In this document: piece after piece, positions 46,903 through 55,264 of the stretch
How the letters are laid out: each line of letters starts with the position of its first letter
Position numbering within the stretch: position 1 is the first letter of the stretch
NCBI GenBank assembly: GCA_964556925.1
Contig: CAZKXY010000003.1
Span: 1 to 62,258 of the forward strand
Source of the DNA: an uncultured Planctomycetales bacterium
GTDB lineage: Bacteria > Omnitrophota > Gorgyraeia > Aquiviventales > Aquiviventaceae
Length of the DNA stretch: 62,258 nt
Reading direction: 5' to 3'
The notes under the pieces: generated by a model
The model's input: the letters and a program-made list of their open reading frames with translations, nothing else
Database searches by the model: none
What the model was told of the DNA's origin: nothing
Translations under genes and position numbers: made by a program

Positions 46903-46931
46903 TCTATACCAGACGTTTGTCTGGTTGTCAA
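46903..46931 (-). promoter_or_regulatory. Consensus sigma70 promoter with an 18-bp palindromic operator in its spacer
   Basis: TTGACA (46931-46926), 17 bp, TATAGA (46908-46903); ACCAGAC-N4-GTCTGGT at 46908-46925. Confidence 0.85.
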
Positions 46932-46932
46932 T

Positions 46933-47583
46933 CTACCGCGAGCGGAGGACGCCGCGACGGGAACAGGCGTGGCTCAACGGGCAGCGGCTGCACCACGGCG
47001 AGGTGGGGTGGCAGAGGTTCTGGCCCAAGGTCACCAGGAGGTCGTTGTAGATGCGCCAGTACTGGCGCGGGAGCTTGCCGCGCAGCGCCATCTCGGTCTG
47101 CTCCGGCGTGTTCGTCCGCACGTAGCCCCAGCGGTTGCTGATGCGGTGGACGTGGGTGTCGACGCAGATGCCGTCCTTGGCAAACGCCAGCGTCACGACC
47201 AGGTTGGCGGTCTTGCGCCCGACGCCCTTGATCGCCAACAGCTCCTCGAGGTCCTCAGGCACCCGGCCGCCGTGGCGCGTCAGCAGCGTGCGGCACACGG
47301 CCCGGATCGTCCGGGCCTTCGTGCGATAGAAGCCGACGGGGAAGATCGCGCGTTCGATCGTCCGCGTCGAGAGGCGCAGCATGGTTCGCGGCGTACGCGC
47401 CAGATGGAAGAGCCGCTGCGAGGCGGCGCGCGTCGTCTCGTCTTTGGTCCGCAGGCTCAGGAGGCAGCTGATGAGCGTCGTGAACGGATCCTCGCGGTAG
47501 CGGCTGACGACCGGCTCCTCCCACCGCCGCACCACCCGCCTCACCGTGCGGAGAACCTGGTCGATATTGCGGTTGCTCACCAT
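46933..47583 (-). CDS. nth: Endonuclease III
   Basis: LLSLRTKD, GVGRKTANL, VDTHVHRI, C-X6-C-X2-C-X5-C. Confidence 0.93.
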   Translation of the reverse strand: MVSNRNIDQVLRTVRRVVRRWEEPVVSRYREDPFTTLISCLLSLRTKDETTRAASQRLFHLARTPRTMLRLSTRTIERAIFPVGFYRTKARTIRAVCRTLLTRHGGRVPEDLEELLAIKGVGRKTANLVVTLAFAKDGICVDTHVHRISNRWGYVRTNTPEQTEMALRGKLPRQYWRIYNDLLVTLGQNLCHPTSPWCSRCPLSHACSRRGVLRSR

Positions 47584-47598
47584 GGTGACTTGCGAAAA

Positions 47599-47676
47599 CC
47601 CTGCATGATTCGGAAAGAGCGGACCGTTTCCCTTTTCCTCTCGTTCAACTGGAGGAAAAGGGAAGCGGTCCGGCTG
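47599..47676. repeat. Family E element E2
   Basis: GCATGATTCGGAAAGAGCGGACCGTTTCCCTTTTCC...GGAAAAGGGAAGCGGTCCGGCTG. Confidence 0.85.
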
Positions 47677-47710
47677 GTGCGCTCGCAACGCTAGCGGTCC
47701 GGCTGGTGCG

Positions 47711-48487
47711 CTAGCGGGCGAGGAGCTCCCGGAGTTTGGCGGCGGGGTCGGGTGCTACCATGAGGGCTTCGCCGACGAGGATCGCGTGCACGCCCAGCCG
47801 TTTCATCCGCGCGACATCTTCGGCAGTCTGGATGCCGCTTTCTGCGACAATGACCGAGCCGGCGGGCGCCATCGGGAGCAGCCGTTCGGTCAGATCCGGA
47901 TCCATCTGAAATGTGCCGAGGTCCCGATGGTTGATGCCGAGCAGCCGGGCGCCGACGCGCGAGGCGATGCGCACCTCGTCGGCGCTGTGGACCTCCACGA
48001 GCGGATCGATGGCCAGCGCCTCCGCCGCCTGCAGGCACTCGGCCAGCGACGGCTCGGGCAGCACCCGCGCGATGAGCAGCACCGCATCCGCCTCGTACAG
48101 CGCCGCCTCAAATACCTGGTACGGATCAATGATGAAATCCTTCCGCAGCACCGGCACCTCGGTGAACTGCTTGGCGTCGCGCAGGAAGTCCAGGTGGCCG
48201 CCGAAGTACGCTTCGTCGGTCAGCACCGACAGCGCGGCCGCCCCCGCTTCGGCGAGCGTCTGCGCGAGGCTGACCGGGTCAAACCGCTCGCGCAGCATCC
48301 CCTTCGACGGCGACTTGCGTTTTAGCTCCGCGATGAGGGACAGGGTGCCCGGCACCGCAATCGCCTCGCGGAACGCGCGGCTGGCCTGGTAGCGCGCCAC
48401 CCGGCCCCTGAGCTCCTCGAGCGGCAGCCGCGCCTTTGCGGCCTCCACTTCACGCCGCTTGTTGGCGATCATCTCATCCAGCAGCAT
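47711..48487 (-). CDS. trpC: Indole-3-glycerol phosphate synthase
   Basis: IAELKRKSPSKG, SVLTD, LRKDFI, GINHRDL, AESGI. Confidence 0.97.
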   Translation of the reverse strand: MLLDEMIANKRREVEAAKARLPLEELRGRVARYQASRAFREAIAVPGTLSLIAELKRKSPSKGMLRERFDPVSLAQTLAEAGAAALSVLTDEAYFGGHLDFLRDAKQFTEVPVLRKDFIIDPYQVFEAALYEADAVLLIARVLPEPSLAECLQAAEALAIDPLVEVHSADEVRIASRVGARLLGINHRDLGTFQMDPDLTERLLPMAPAGSVIVAESGIQTAEDVARMKRLGVHAILVGEALMVAPDPAAKLRELLAR

Positions 48488-49484
48488 GGCTGAGTGTCTT
48501 GACCTGCTCCAAGACGGCGGCCGCGCGGCCAGATGCCACCGCTGCCCTGGCCTTGGCGATGCCCTCTTCGATGGTGCGCGCCTGCTCCGCGACGTAGATC
48601 GCGCAGCCGGCGTTCAGCGCCACGATGTCGGACGCCGCGCCCGGCCGGCCCGCCAGGATGTCATGCGCGATCCGGACGTTGGTCGCCACGTCACCCCCGC
48701 GCACGTCGTCGAGGCCGGCGCGCGGCAGGCCGAAGCGCGCCGCGTCCAGCCGTTGTTCCTCGCTGACGCGCCCCGCCCGGACTTCCCGGCACACGGTCTC
48801 GCCGGTGGTCGTCGCCTCATCCAGCCCGTCGGCGCCGTGCACGACGAGCCCGTGCCGGATGCCAAGCCGCACGAGCGCCTCCGCCATCGGCACCAGCAGC
48901 GCAGCGTCGGCCACCCCGACCACCTGGAAGGCGAGCGGCGCGGGGTTGGCCAGCGGCCCGATCAGGTTGAAGAGCGTGCGGATCTTCAACTCCTTGCGGA
49001 TGGGCGCAACCGCCTTCATGGCCGGATGGAAGCGCGGGGCGAAGCAGAACCCAAAGCTCGCCTCCTGCACCGAGCGCACGATCGCCTCCGGCGAAGCGTC
49101 GAGATGCACGCCCAGGCCCTCCAAGAGATCGGCGCTGCCGCAGCGGCTGGAGGCGGCGCGGTTGCCGTGCTTGGCCACGCGCACGCCGGCTCCGGCGGCC
49201 ACCAGCGCGGCGAGCGTGGAGATGTTGATCGTCCCCTGCCCGTCGCCGCCGGTGCCGCAGGTGTCGCACAGCAACAGCCCCGCCGGCAGGGGCAGCGCAA
49301 CCGCGTGCGCGCGCAGCACCCCGACGGCCGCCGCAATTTCCTCGGCGGTCTCCCCGCGTCGGGCCAGCGTCGTGAGGAAGGCGCGCACCTCCTCAGGCGG
49401 CATCCGGCCCGCCATGATCCCACCGAGGACGTGGCGCATCGCCTCGTCGGAGAGGGGCTGGTCGAATGTGACGGGAGTGGTCAT
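48474..49484 (-). CDS. trpD: Anthranilate phosphoribosyltransferase
   Basis: [38 protein letters not shown]. Confidence 0.96.
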   Translation of the reverse strand: MTTPVTFDQPLSDEAMRHVLGGIMAGRMPPEEVRAFLTTLARRGETAEEIAAAVGVLRAHAVALPLPAGLLLCDTCGTGGDGQGTINISTLAALVAAGAGVRVAKHGNRAASSRCGSADLLEGLGVHLDASPEAIVRSVQEASFGFCFAPRFHPAMKAVAPIRKELKIRTLFNLIGPLANPAPLAFQVVGVADAALLVPMAEALVRLGIRHGLVVHGADGLDEATTTGETVCREVRAGRVSEEQRLDAARFGLPRAGLDDVRGGDVATNVRIAHDILAGRPGAASDIVALNAGCAIYVAEQARTIEEGIAKARAAVASGRAAAVLEQVKTLSHAAG

Positions 49485-50074
49485 GCGCGCGCCCGGCGAC
49501 GGAACGCCCGCGCCAGCGCGAGGAAGTTGCGCAGGAGGTCTTTGCCGACCGTCGTGAGGATGGACTCAGGATGAAACTGCACGCCGTAGACCGGCAGCGT
49601 GCGATGGGCCAGCCCCATGATCTCGCCCTCCTCGGTCCACGCGGTCACCGTCAGGTCCTTCGGCAGCGTCTCCCGCTTGACGATCAGCGAGTGGTAGCGG
49701 GTCGCGTCGAACGGGTTGGGCAGCCCCCTGAGCACGCCAGTGTTCGCGTGGTGGATCCGGGAGGTCTTGCCGTGCATGGGGCGCTTGGCGCGCACGACCT
49801 CTCCGCCGAAGACCTCGCCGATGCACTGGTGCCCGAGGCAGACGCCGAGGACGGGGATGGTCCCGGCAACGGTCTTGATGAGCGCGTTGGAGATGCCCGC
49901 ATCCGACGGCCGGCCGGGCCCCGGCGAGATGACGATGCTCGAGGGCCTCAGGCGCCGGATGCCGGCGAGCGTGATCGCGTCGTTGCGCTTGACGAGCAGC
50001 CGCTCCCCCAGCTCGCCGAGGTACTGGACGAGGTTGTACGTAAACGAATCATAATTATCAATCATCAGAATCAT
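49481..50074 (-). CDS. trpG: Anthranilate synthase component II
   Basis: [33 protein letters not shown]. Confidence 0.95.
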   Translation of the reverse strand: MILMIDNYDSFTYNLVQYLGELGERLLVKRNDAITLAGIRRLRPSSIVISPGPGRPSDAGISNALIKTVAGTIPVLGVCLGHQCIGEVFGGEVVRAKRPMHGKTSRIHHANTGVLRGLPNPFDATRYHSLIVKRETLPKDLTVTAWTEEGEIMGLAHRTLPVYGVQFHPESILTTVGKDLLRNFLALARAFRRRARA

Positions 50075-50310
50075 CAGATCCCTCGTGCGAGAAACGCTAT
50101 TGCTTCCAGGTCCCGGACCATTTCTATTTTCCTCTCGATGAACTGCAGGAATAGACGTGGTCCGTGCTTTGTCGAACAGCCGCCGGGACGACCGCAACAG
50201 GTGTCAGACACCTTTCGCCCGGGCGTCTCGCAGCGGGAAACGTGTCTGACACGTTTTGCTCTGGAACCGCGGCTGTTCGACAGAGCGAGTGGTCCGGCTG
50301 TTCCGATCAT
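50071..50310. repeat. Composite 232-bp insert between two ATGA (degenerate E arms plus family C copy C4 at 50199-50257)
   Basis: GGACCATTTCTATTTTCC...GGAATAGACGTGGTCC; AGGTGTCAGACACCTTT...AAACGTGTCTGACACGTTT. Confidence 0.75.
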
Positions 50311-51803
50311 CACCCACGTCTCCGCTCAGCGATGTCGATCGCCTGCAGCATCGCCTTCGCCTTGCTCAGCGTCTCCTGGTACTCGCGCGCCGGCTGCGAG
50401 TCGGCCACGATGCCCGCCCCGGTCTGGATGTAGGCGCGGCGATCCTTGGTGAGGATCGTGCGGATCGTAATGCAGGTGTCGATGTTGCCGGTGAAGCTGA
50501 AGTAGCCGACCGCCCCGGCGTACGGCCCCCGGTCGTGGCGTTCGAGCTCGGCGATGATCTCCATCGCGCGCACTTTGGGCGCGCCGGTCACGGTGCCGGC
50601 CGGGAAGGCGGCCCGCAGCACGTCGAACGGGCTCTTGCCAGGTTTCAGCCGGCCGGTGACGCTGCTGACCAAGTGCAGCACGTGCGAGTACTGCTCCACC
50701 ACCATCAGCTCCGGCGTTGCCACCGACCCCACCCGCGCCACGCGGCCCAGGTCATTGCGGCCCAGGTCCACGAGCATGAGGTGCTCGGCGCGCTCTTTCG
50801 GGCTGGCGGTCAACTGACGGGTCAGCCGCTCATCCTCCTGGGCGGTGGCGCCGCGCGGACGGGTGCCGGCGATGGGCCGGGTCTCCAAGCGGCCCTCCTC
50901 GCAGCGCACCAGCATTTCCGGCGAGGCCCCGACCAGCGCCAGCGACCCAAACCGCAGCAGGAACATGTAGGGCGAGGGGTTGAGCGACCGCAGCGCCCGG
51001 TAGATGTCGAACGGCTCGCACGCGATCGGCCGCTCGAATCGCTGCGAGAGCACGACTTGGATGATGTCGCCGGCGCGGATAGCCTCCTTGGCCCTGGCCA
51101 CCATCCGGGCGAACGCGGCGCGCTCCATGTTGGCGCGCACCCGAGCCGAGGCGCCGGCGCGCGGCCTCACCCTCCGGCGCAACGGCGCCTGCAGCCGCGC
51201 GGCCATCGCGTGGATGGCGCGCACCGCCCGGCGGTACGCGGCGCGCGGGGCGCTCGCCTGCGTGTGCGCCGCCGCCACGAGCAGCAGCTTGTGCTGGGCG
51301 TGGTCGAAGATCGCCATGGTCTCGGTGAGCATCAGCATCAGATCCGGCACGCGCAGATCGTCCTGTTGATGCGGCGGCAGCCGCTCGAGAAACCGCACGA
51401 CGTTGTAGCCGAGGTAGCCGACGAGGCCGCCCCAGAAGCGCGGAAGGCCTTGCACCGGCACCGGATGGAACGCGCGCATGAAGCGCTCCACCTCGGTCAG
51501 CGGATCGCTCGCCGTCTCAAACCGCTGCAGGCGCGGCCGGCCGCCGTTCCGAAAGTCAGAGAGTTCCACGTGCCGCCCGGCGCTCGTCACGAGCGTCCGG
51601 GGCCGGCTGCCGAGGAAAGAGAACCGCGCCACCTTCTCCGTGCCCTCGACCGACTCTAGCAGGTAGCTGAAGGGGTGGTCGGCCAGCTTGAGGTAGGCGC
51701 TGACCGGCGTTTCCAGGTCCGCGCGCCGCTCGCCGAAGACCGGGATGACGTTCCCGTGCGTCGCCAGCTTCACGAACTCCGCCTCAGACGGCCGAATGTC
51801 CAT
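50310..51803 (-). CDS. trpE: Anthranilate synthase component I
   Basis: LLESVEG, NPSPYM, RPIAGTRPRG, EHLMLVDL.RND, AGTVTGAPKVRAM. Confidence 0.96.
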   Translation of the reverse strand: MDIRPSEAEFVKLATHGNVIPVFGERRADLETPVSAYLKLADHPFSYLLESVEGTEKVARFSFLGSRPRTLVTSAGRHVELSDFRNGGRPRLQRFETASDPLTEVERFMRAFHPVPVQGLPRFWGGLVGYLGYNVVRFLERLPPHQQDDLRVPDLMLMLTETMAIFDHAQHKLLLVAAAHTQASAPRAAYRRAVRAIHAMAARLQAPLRRRVRPRAGASARVRANMERAAFARMVARAKEAIRAGDIIQVVLSQRFERPIACEPFDIYRALRSLNPSPYMFLLRFGSLALVGASPEMLVRCEEGRLETRPIAGTRPRGATAQEDERLTRQLTASPKERAEHLMLVDLGRNDLGRVARVGSVATPELMVVEQYSHVLHLVSSVTGRLKPGKSPFDVLRAAFPAGTVTGAPKVRAMEIIAELERHDRGPYAGAVGYFSFTGNIDTCITIRTILTKDRRAYIQTGAGIVADSQPAREYQETLSKAKAMLQAIDIAERRRG

Positions 51804-52213
51804 CACCGCCCATAGACCGTCGCCGGATTGAACACGCGCCGCCCGACGGTCATGAGCCGACCGTTCTTGACCCGGCGGAAGTAGCAGGTGAAATAGCCGG
51901 CATGGCAGGCTGCGACCTTCTGGCTCACGAGGAGGACGAGCGATTTGCCCTCGCAGTCCACGCGCACCTCCTTGATGCGCTGGATGTGTCCCGACGTCTC
52001 GCCCTTGAGCATGACGCGCCGTTGCGACCGGCGATAGACGTAGACGCGTCCCTCCGCGAGGCTCTGGCGTAGCGCCTCACGGCTGAGGTAGCAGAGCGTC
52101 AAGACCTGCTTCGTCTTGGCATCCTGCACCACGGTGGGAATCAGTCCTTGCTCATTGAACTGCAGGAGTCGCCCTAATGCCTGGAGGCCTCGTTTTCCTG
52201 ACTTGTGCATCAT
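51803..52213 (-). CDS. hisI: Phosphoribosyl-AMP cyclohydrolase
   Basis: GLIP.VVQD, KGETSGH.Q, DCEG, ACHAG..TCYF. Confidence 0.92.
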   Translation of the reverse strand: MMHKSGKRGLQALGRLLQFNEQGLIPTVVQDAKTKQVLTLCYLSREALRQSLAEGRVYVYRRSQRRVMLKGETSGHIQRIKEVRVDCEGKSLVLLVSQKVAACHAGYFTCYFRRVKNGRLMTVGRRVFNPATVYGR

Positions 52214-52255
52214 CTCAGCACCACTTGTCCCCCTGCCCTGCCGAACACGGCTCCG

Positions 52256-52320
52256 GAAAAAGTGCCTGGCTCTTTTTCAAGCTGCGTGTCCGGTCGAGAA
52301 AAAGTGCCTGGCACTTTTTC
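52256..52320. repeat. Family D palindrome pair
   Basis: GAAAAAGTGCCTGGCTCTTTTTC (52256-52278) and GAAAAAGTGCCTGGCACTTTTTC (52298-52320). Confidence 0.85.
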
Positions 52321-52360
52321 CCCGTCGGCACAGGATGCCTTAATGCCCTATTGCCGTACA

Positions 52361-52393
52361 CTGTCCCCCGAATCTGTCTGTCCCCGAATCTGT
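52361..52393. repeat. Tandem 16-17 bp direct repeat
   Basis: CTGTCCCCCGAATCTGT followed by CTGTCCCCGAATCTGT. Confidence 0.75.
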
Positions 52394-52477
52394 CCATTCA
52401 TCCACAACCAGTTATCCTCTTCAGCAGCTTCAGCGCCGTCTCGCGCAGCAGGACATAGGGTCAGCCATGGCTCAGCA

Positions 52478-53233
52478 TCACTTGCGAACTGCGACGTCCC
52501 GAGAGGCAAGGTATCGCTTCACCTCAGCGATGGAGAGTTCGCCGAAGTGGAACAATGAGGCGGCCAGGGCGGCGTCCGCGCCGCCGGCGGTCAGCGCGTC
52601 GTAGAAGTGCTCCGGCGTCCCCGCGCCGCCCGAGGCGATGACCGGAACAGGCACCGCGTGCGTGATGGCGCGCGTCAACTCGATGTCGTAGCCCTGCTTC
52701 GTCCCGTCGCGGTCCATGCTCGTCAGGAGGATCTCCCCCGCGCCGCGCCGCTCGGCCTCCGTCGCCCACGCGACCGCGTCCTTCCCCGTCGGGGTGCGGC
52801 CGCCATGCGTATACACCTCCCAGCCGCGTCCTCGGCGCTTGGCGTCAATGGCGACCACGATGCACTGGGCGCCGAACCGCGCCGAGGCCTCGTCGATCAG
52901 CGCGGGCCGCTCGACCGCCGCGGTGTTGATCGACACCTTGTCCGCCCCGGCGTTCAGCAGCGCCCGGATGTCGTCGAGGCCGCGGATGCCGCCGCCGACG
53001 GTCAGCGGCATGAACGCCACGGCTGCCGTGCGGGCGACGACGTCCAAGATGATCGGGCGCTGCTCGTGGCTGGCCGTAATGTCGAGGAACACCAGCTCAT
53101 CCGCCCCCGCGTCATTGTACGCCGTCGTCGCCGCCACGGGATCGCCGGCATCCCGCAGGCTGACGAACTGCACGCCTTTGACCACCCGCCCCTTGTCCAC
53201 ATCCAGGCAGGGGATGATCCGCTTGGCCAGCAT
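52478..53233 (-). CDS. hisF: Imidazole glycerol phosphate synthase cyclase subunit
   Basis: [30 protein letters not shown]. Confidence 0.98.
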   Translation of the reverse strand: MLAKRIIPCLDVDKGRVVKGVQFVSLRDAGDPVAATTAYNDAGADELVFLDITASHEQRPIILDVVARTAAVAFMPLTVGGGIRGLDDIRALLNAGADKVSINTAAVERPALIDEASARFGAQCIVVAIDAKRRGRGWEVYTHGGRTPTGKDAVAWATEAERRGAGEILLTSMDRDGTKQGYDIELTRAITHAVPVPVIASGGAGTPEHFYDALTAGGADAALAASLFHFGELSIAEVKRYLASRDVAVRK

Positions 53234-53238
53234 CGGGG

Positions 53239-53961
53239 TCAGGCGACGGCCTGGATCGCCGCCGCCAAATCGATCGCGCCCTCATAGAGCGCTTTACCGA
53301 TGATCGCGCCGGTCACGCCGTCCGGCTCAAGGCGCTTGAGCGCGCGCAGATCGTCCAGCGACGCGATCCCGCCGGAGGCGATCACCTGCCCCTTCCCCGC
53401 CGCGAGCACCTCACGCAGCAACTCCAGGTTGGGCCCCTGCAGCATCCCGTCGCGGCTGACGTCGGTGCAGACCAGCGTGCCGACCCCCCAGCCGATGACC
53501 TCCTTGGCGAGCTGCGCCGGGGAGCGGCCGGTCGAGGCCACCCAGCCGCGCGAGACGATCCTTCCGGCCCTTGCGTCGATCGCGACCGCGATCGTCGCGC
53601 CGAACCGTGCCACCGCCGCCTGCACGAACGCCGGATCCTCGCAGGCCTTCGTCCCCAGGATCACCCGTGCCGCCCCGAGGTCCACCGCGCGCGAGAGGGC
53701 GTCCATCGTCCGGAGGCCGCCGCTGAGCTCCACCCGCGCGCTGCACGCGTCAATGATCCGCCGGGCAAACGGCAGGTTGAGGTACGTGCCGTCGAAGGCG
53801 CCATTGAGATCCACGACGTGCAGCCACGTCGCGCCGGCCTCGACCCAGCGCTGCGCCACCGCCACCGGATCGGCGGCGTACACCGTCACCTGGTCTCGCC
53901 GGCCTTGCGCCAGGCGCACGACCTGGCCATCCAGAAGGTCCACCGCGGGGATGACGACCAT
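53239..53961 (-). CDS. hisA: ProFAR isomerase
   Basis: [33 protein letters not shown]. Confidence 0.96.
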   Translation of the reverse strand: MVVIPAVDLLDGQVVRLAQGRRDQVTVYAADPVAVAQRWVEAGATWLHVVDLNGAFDGTYLNLPFARRIIDACSARVELSGGLRTMDALSRAVDLGAARVILGTKACEDPAFVQAAVARFGATIAVAIDARAGRIVSRGWVASTGRSPAQLAKEVIGWGVGTLVCTDVSRDGMLQGPNLELLREVLAAGKGQVIASGGIASLDDLRALKRLEPDGVTGAIIGKALYEGAIDLAAAIQAVA

Positions 53962-53969
53962 GCGGGGGG

Positions 53970-54605
53970 TTAGAGGGCGAGGAAGTTGCGCAGCAGCGCC
54001 AAGCCGGTGGCTTGGCTCTTTTCCGGGTGGAACTGCGTCGCGAAGAGGCGATCGCGCCAGACCATCGAGGCGAAGCGGACCCCGTACTCGGTCTCCAACG
54101 CGACGACCGACCGGTCCGTTGGGTCCGCGTAGTAGGAATGGACAAAGTACACGAAGCTACCGTCCGGAATCTCATTCAGCAGCGGACACCCCCCCTGCCT
54201 TCTGCCTCCTGCCTCCTGCCTCCTGGCCACTTGGTTCCACCCCATGTGGGGAATCTTCAGCCCAGCGGAGCCGTTCAGCGAAAACCGCCGGACGCTGCCG
54301 GCCAGCACCCCAAGGCCTTTGGCGCCCTGCCCCTCCTCACTGTCCTCGAAGAGGAGCTGCAGTCCGAGACAGATGCCGAGATACGGGATGCCGCGGGCGA
54401 TGGCCGCCTTGATCGGCTCGACCAAACCTCGCGCCGACAGCTCCCGCATCGCGGCAGGAAACGCCCCCACGCCGGGCAGCACGAGCTTGTCGGCGCGCGC
54501 GACGTCCCGCAGATCGCTCGAGACGCGCACCGGGGCCCCCAGCGACTCGAGCGCCTTCGAAACGCTGCGTAAATTGCCCATGCCGTAATCAACGACAACG
54601 ACCAT
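53970..54605 (-). CDS. hisH: Imidazole glycerol phosphate synthase glutaminase subunit
   Basis: DYGMGNL.SV, GICLGLQ, PHMGWN, YFVHSYY, QFHPEKS. Confidence 0.97.
   Translation of the reverse strand: MVVVVDYGMGNLRSVSKALESLGAPVRVSSDLRDVARADKLVLPGVGAFPAAMRELSARGLVEPIKAAIARGIPYLGICLGLQLLFEDSEEGQGAKGLGVLAGSVRRFSLNGSAGLKIPHMGWNQVARRQEAGGRRQGGCPLLNEIPDGSFVYFVHSYYADPTDRSVVALETEYGVRFASMVWRDRLFATQFHPEKSQATGLALLRNFLAL
54195..54225. repeat. Heptamer tandem repeat inside hisH
   Basis: (CTGCCTY)x4 plus CTG, encoding RRQEAGGRRQ. Confidence 0.85.
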
Positions 54606-54615
54606 CGTCACTGGC

Positions 54616-54664
54616 AAAAGGTGTCAGACACCTTTCAAAGCGGGAAAGGTGTCTGACACCTTTC
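54616..54664. repeat. Family C double palindrome C5
   Basis: AAAAGGTGTCAGACACCTTTCAAAGCGGGAAAGGTGTCTGACACCTTTC. Confidence 0.9.
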
Positions 54665-55264
54665 CTATCGGCCTTTGGAGGAAGGAATGCCTTTGACGCG
54701 TGGGTGGATTCGACTCGCCTGTTCCACCGCGCGCCCCAGCGCTTTGAATACCGCCTCACAGGTGTGATGAAAGTCAGAGCCCGCAAGGACATCAATGTGG
54801 AGTGTGACCTTGCAAGCCCGCACGAATGACTCGAGGAGGTGCTCGGCGTCGCCCCAGGAGTAGTCCGTGCTGGTGCTCTCACGCCGGCTAGCGCGATCCC
54901 GGGCGTCCCGCAGCACGAGCTTCGGCCGGCCGGAGATGTCCAGCACGACGCGCGCCAGCGCCTCGTCCATGGGCACGTAGGCCGACCCGACGCGGGTGAT
55001 CCCCCTCCGGTCGCCGAGCGCCTGGTCGAACGCCTGGCCGACCACCAGCCCCACATCCTCGTTGGTGTGGTGCCGGTCCACCGCCAGGTCGCCCGCGGCC
55101 TTGACGGCCAGGTCGACCAGGCCGTGCGTCCCGAACAGGGTCAGCATGTGGTCCAGAAACGGCATCCCGGTCTTCACCGACGTCTTGCCGGTTCCATCAA
55201 GGTTCACGGACACCGTGATGGACGTTTCCTTGCTCTTGCGGGTCGTGGTGGCGCGCCTCATCAT
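54665..55264 (-). CDS. hisB: Imidazoleglycerol-phosphate dehydratase
   Basis: TGMPFLDHML, GDL.VD.HHT.EDVG, PMDEAL, HH..EAVFKA. Confidence 0.96.
   Translation of the reverse strand: MMRRATTTRKSKETSITVSVNLDGTGKTSVKTGMPFLDHMLTLFGTHGLVDLAVKAAGDLAVDRHHTNEDVGLVVGQAFDQALGDRRGITRVGSAYVPMDEALARVVLDISGRPKLVLRDARDRASRRESTSTDYSWGDAEHLLESFVRACKVTLHIDVLAGSDFHHTCEAVFKALGRAVEQASRIHPRVKGIPSSKGR

Noticed and set aside
50075-50310. trp attenuator or leader peptide
   Set aside because: The region lies between trpE and trpG, has no Trp-codon leader and is explained by C/E repeats.
52215-52397. 60-aa ORF between hisF and hisI
   Set aside because: Translation of palindromic repeats (KKCQALF twice).
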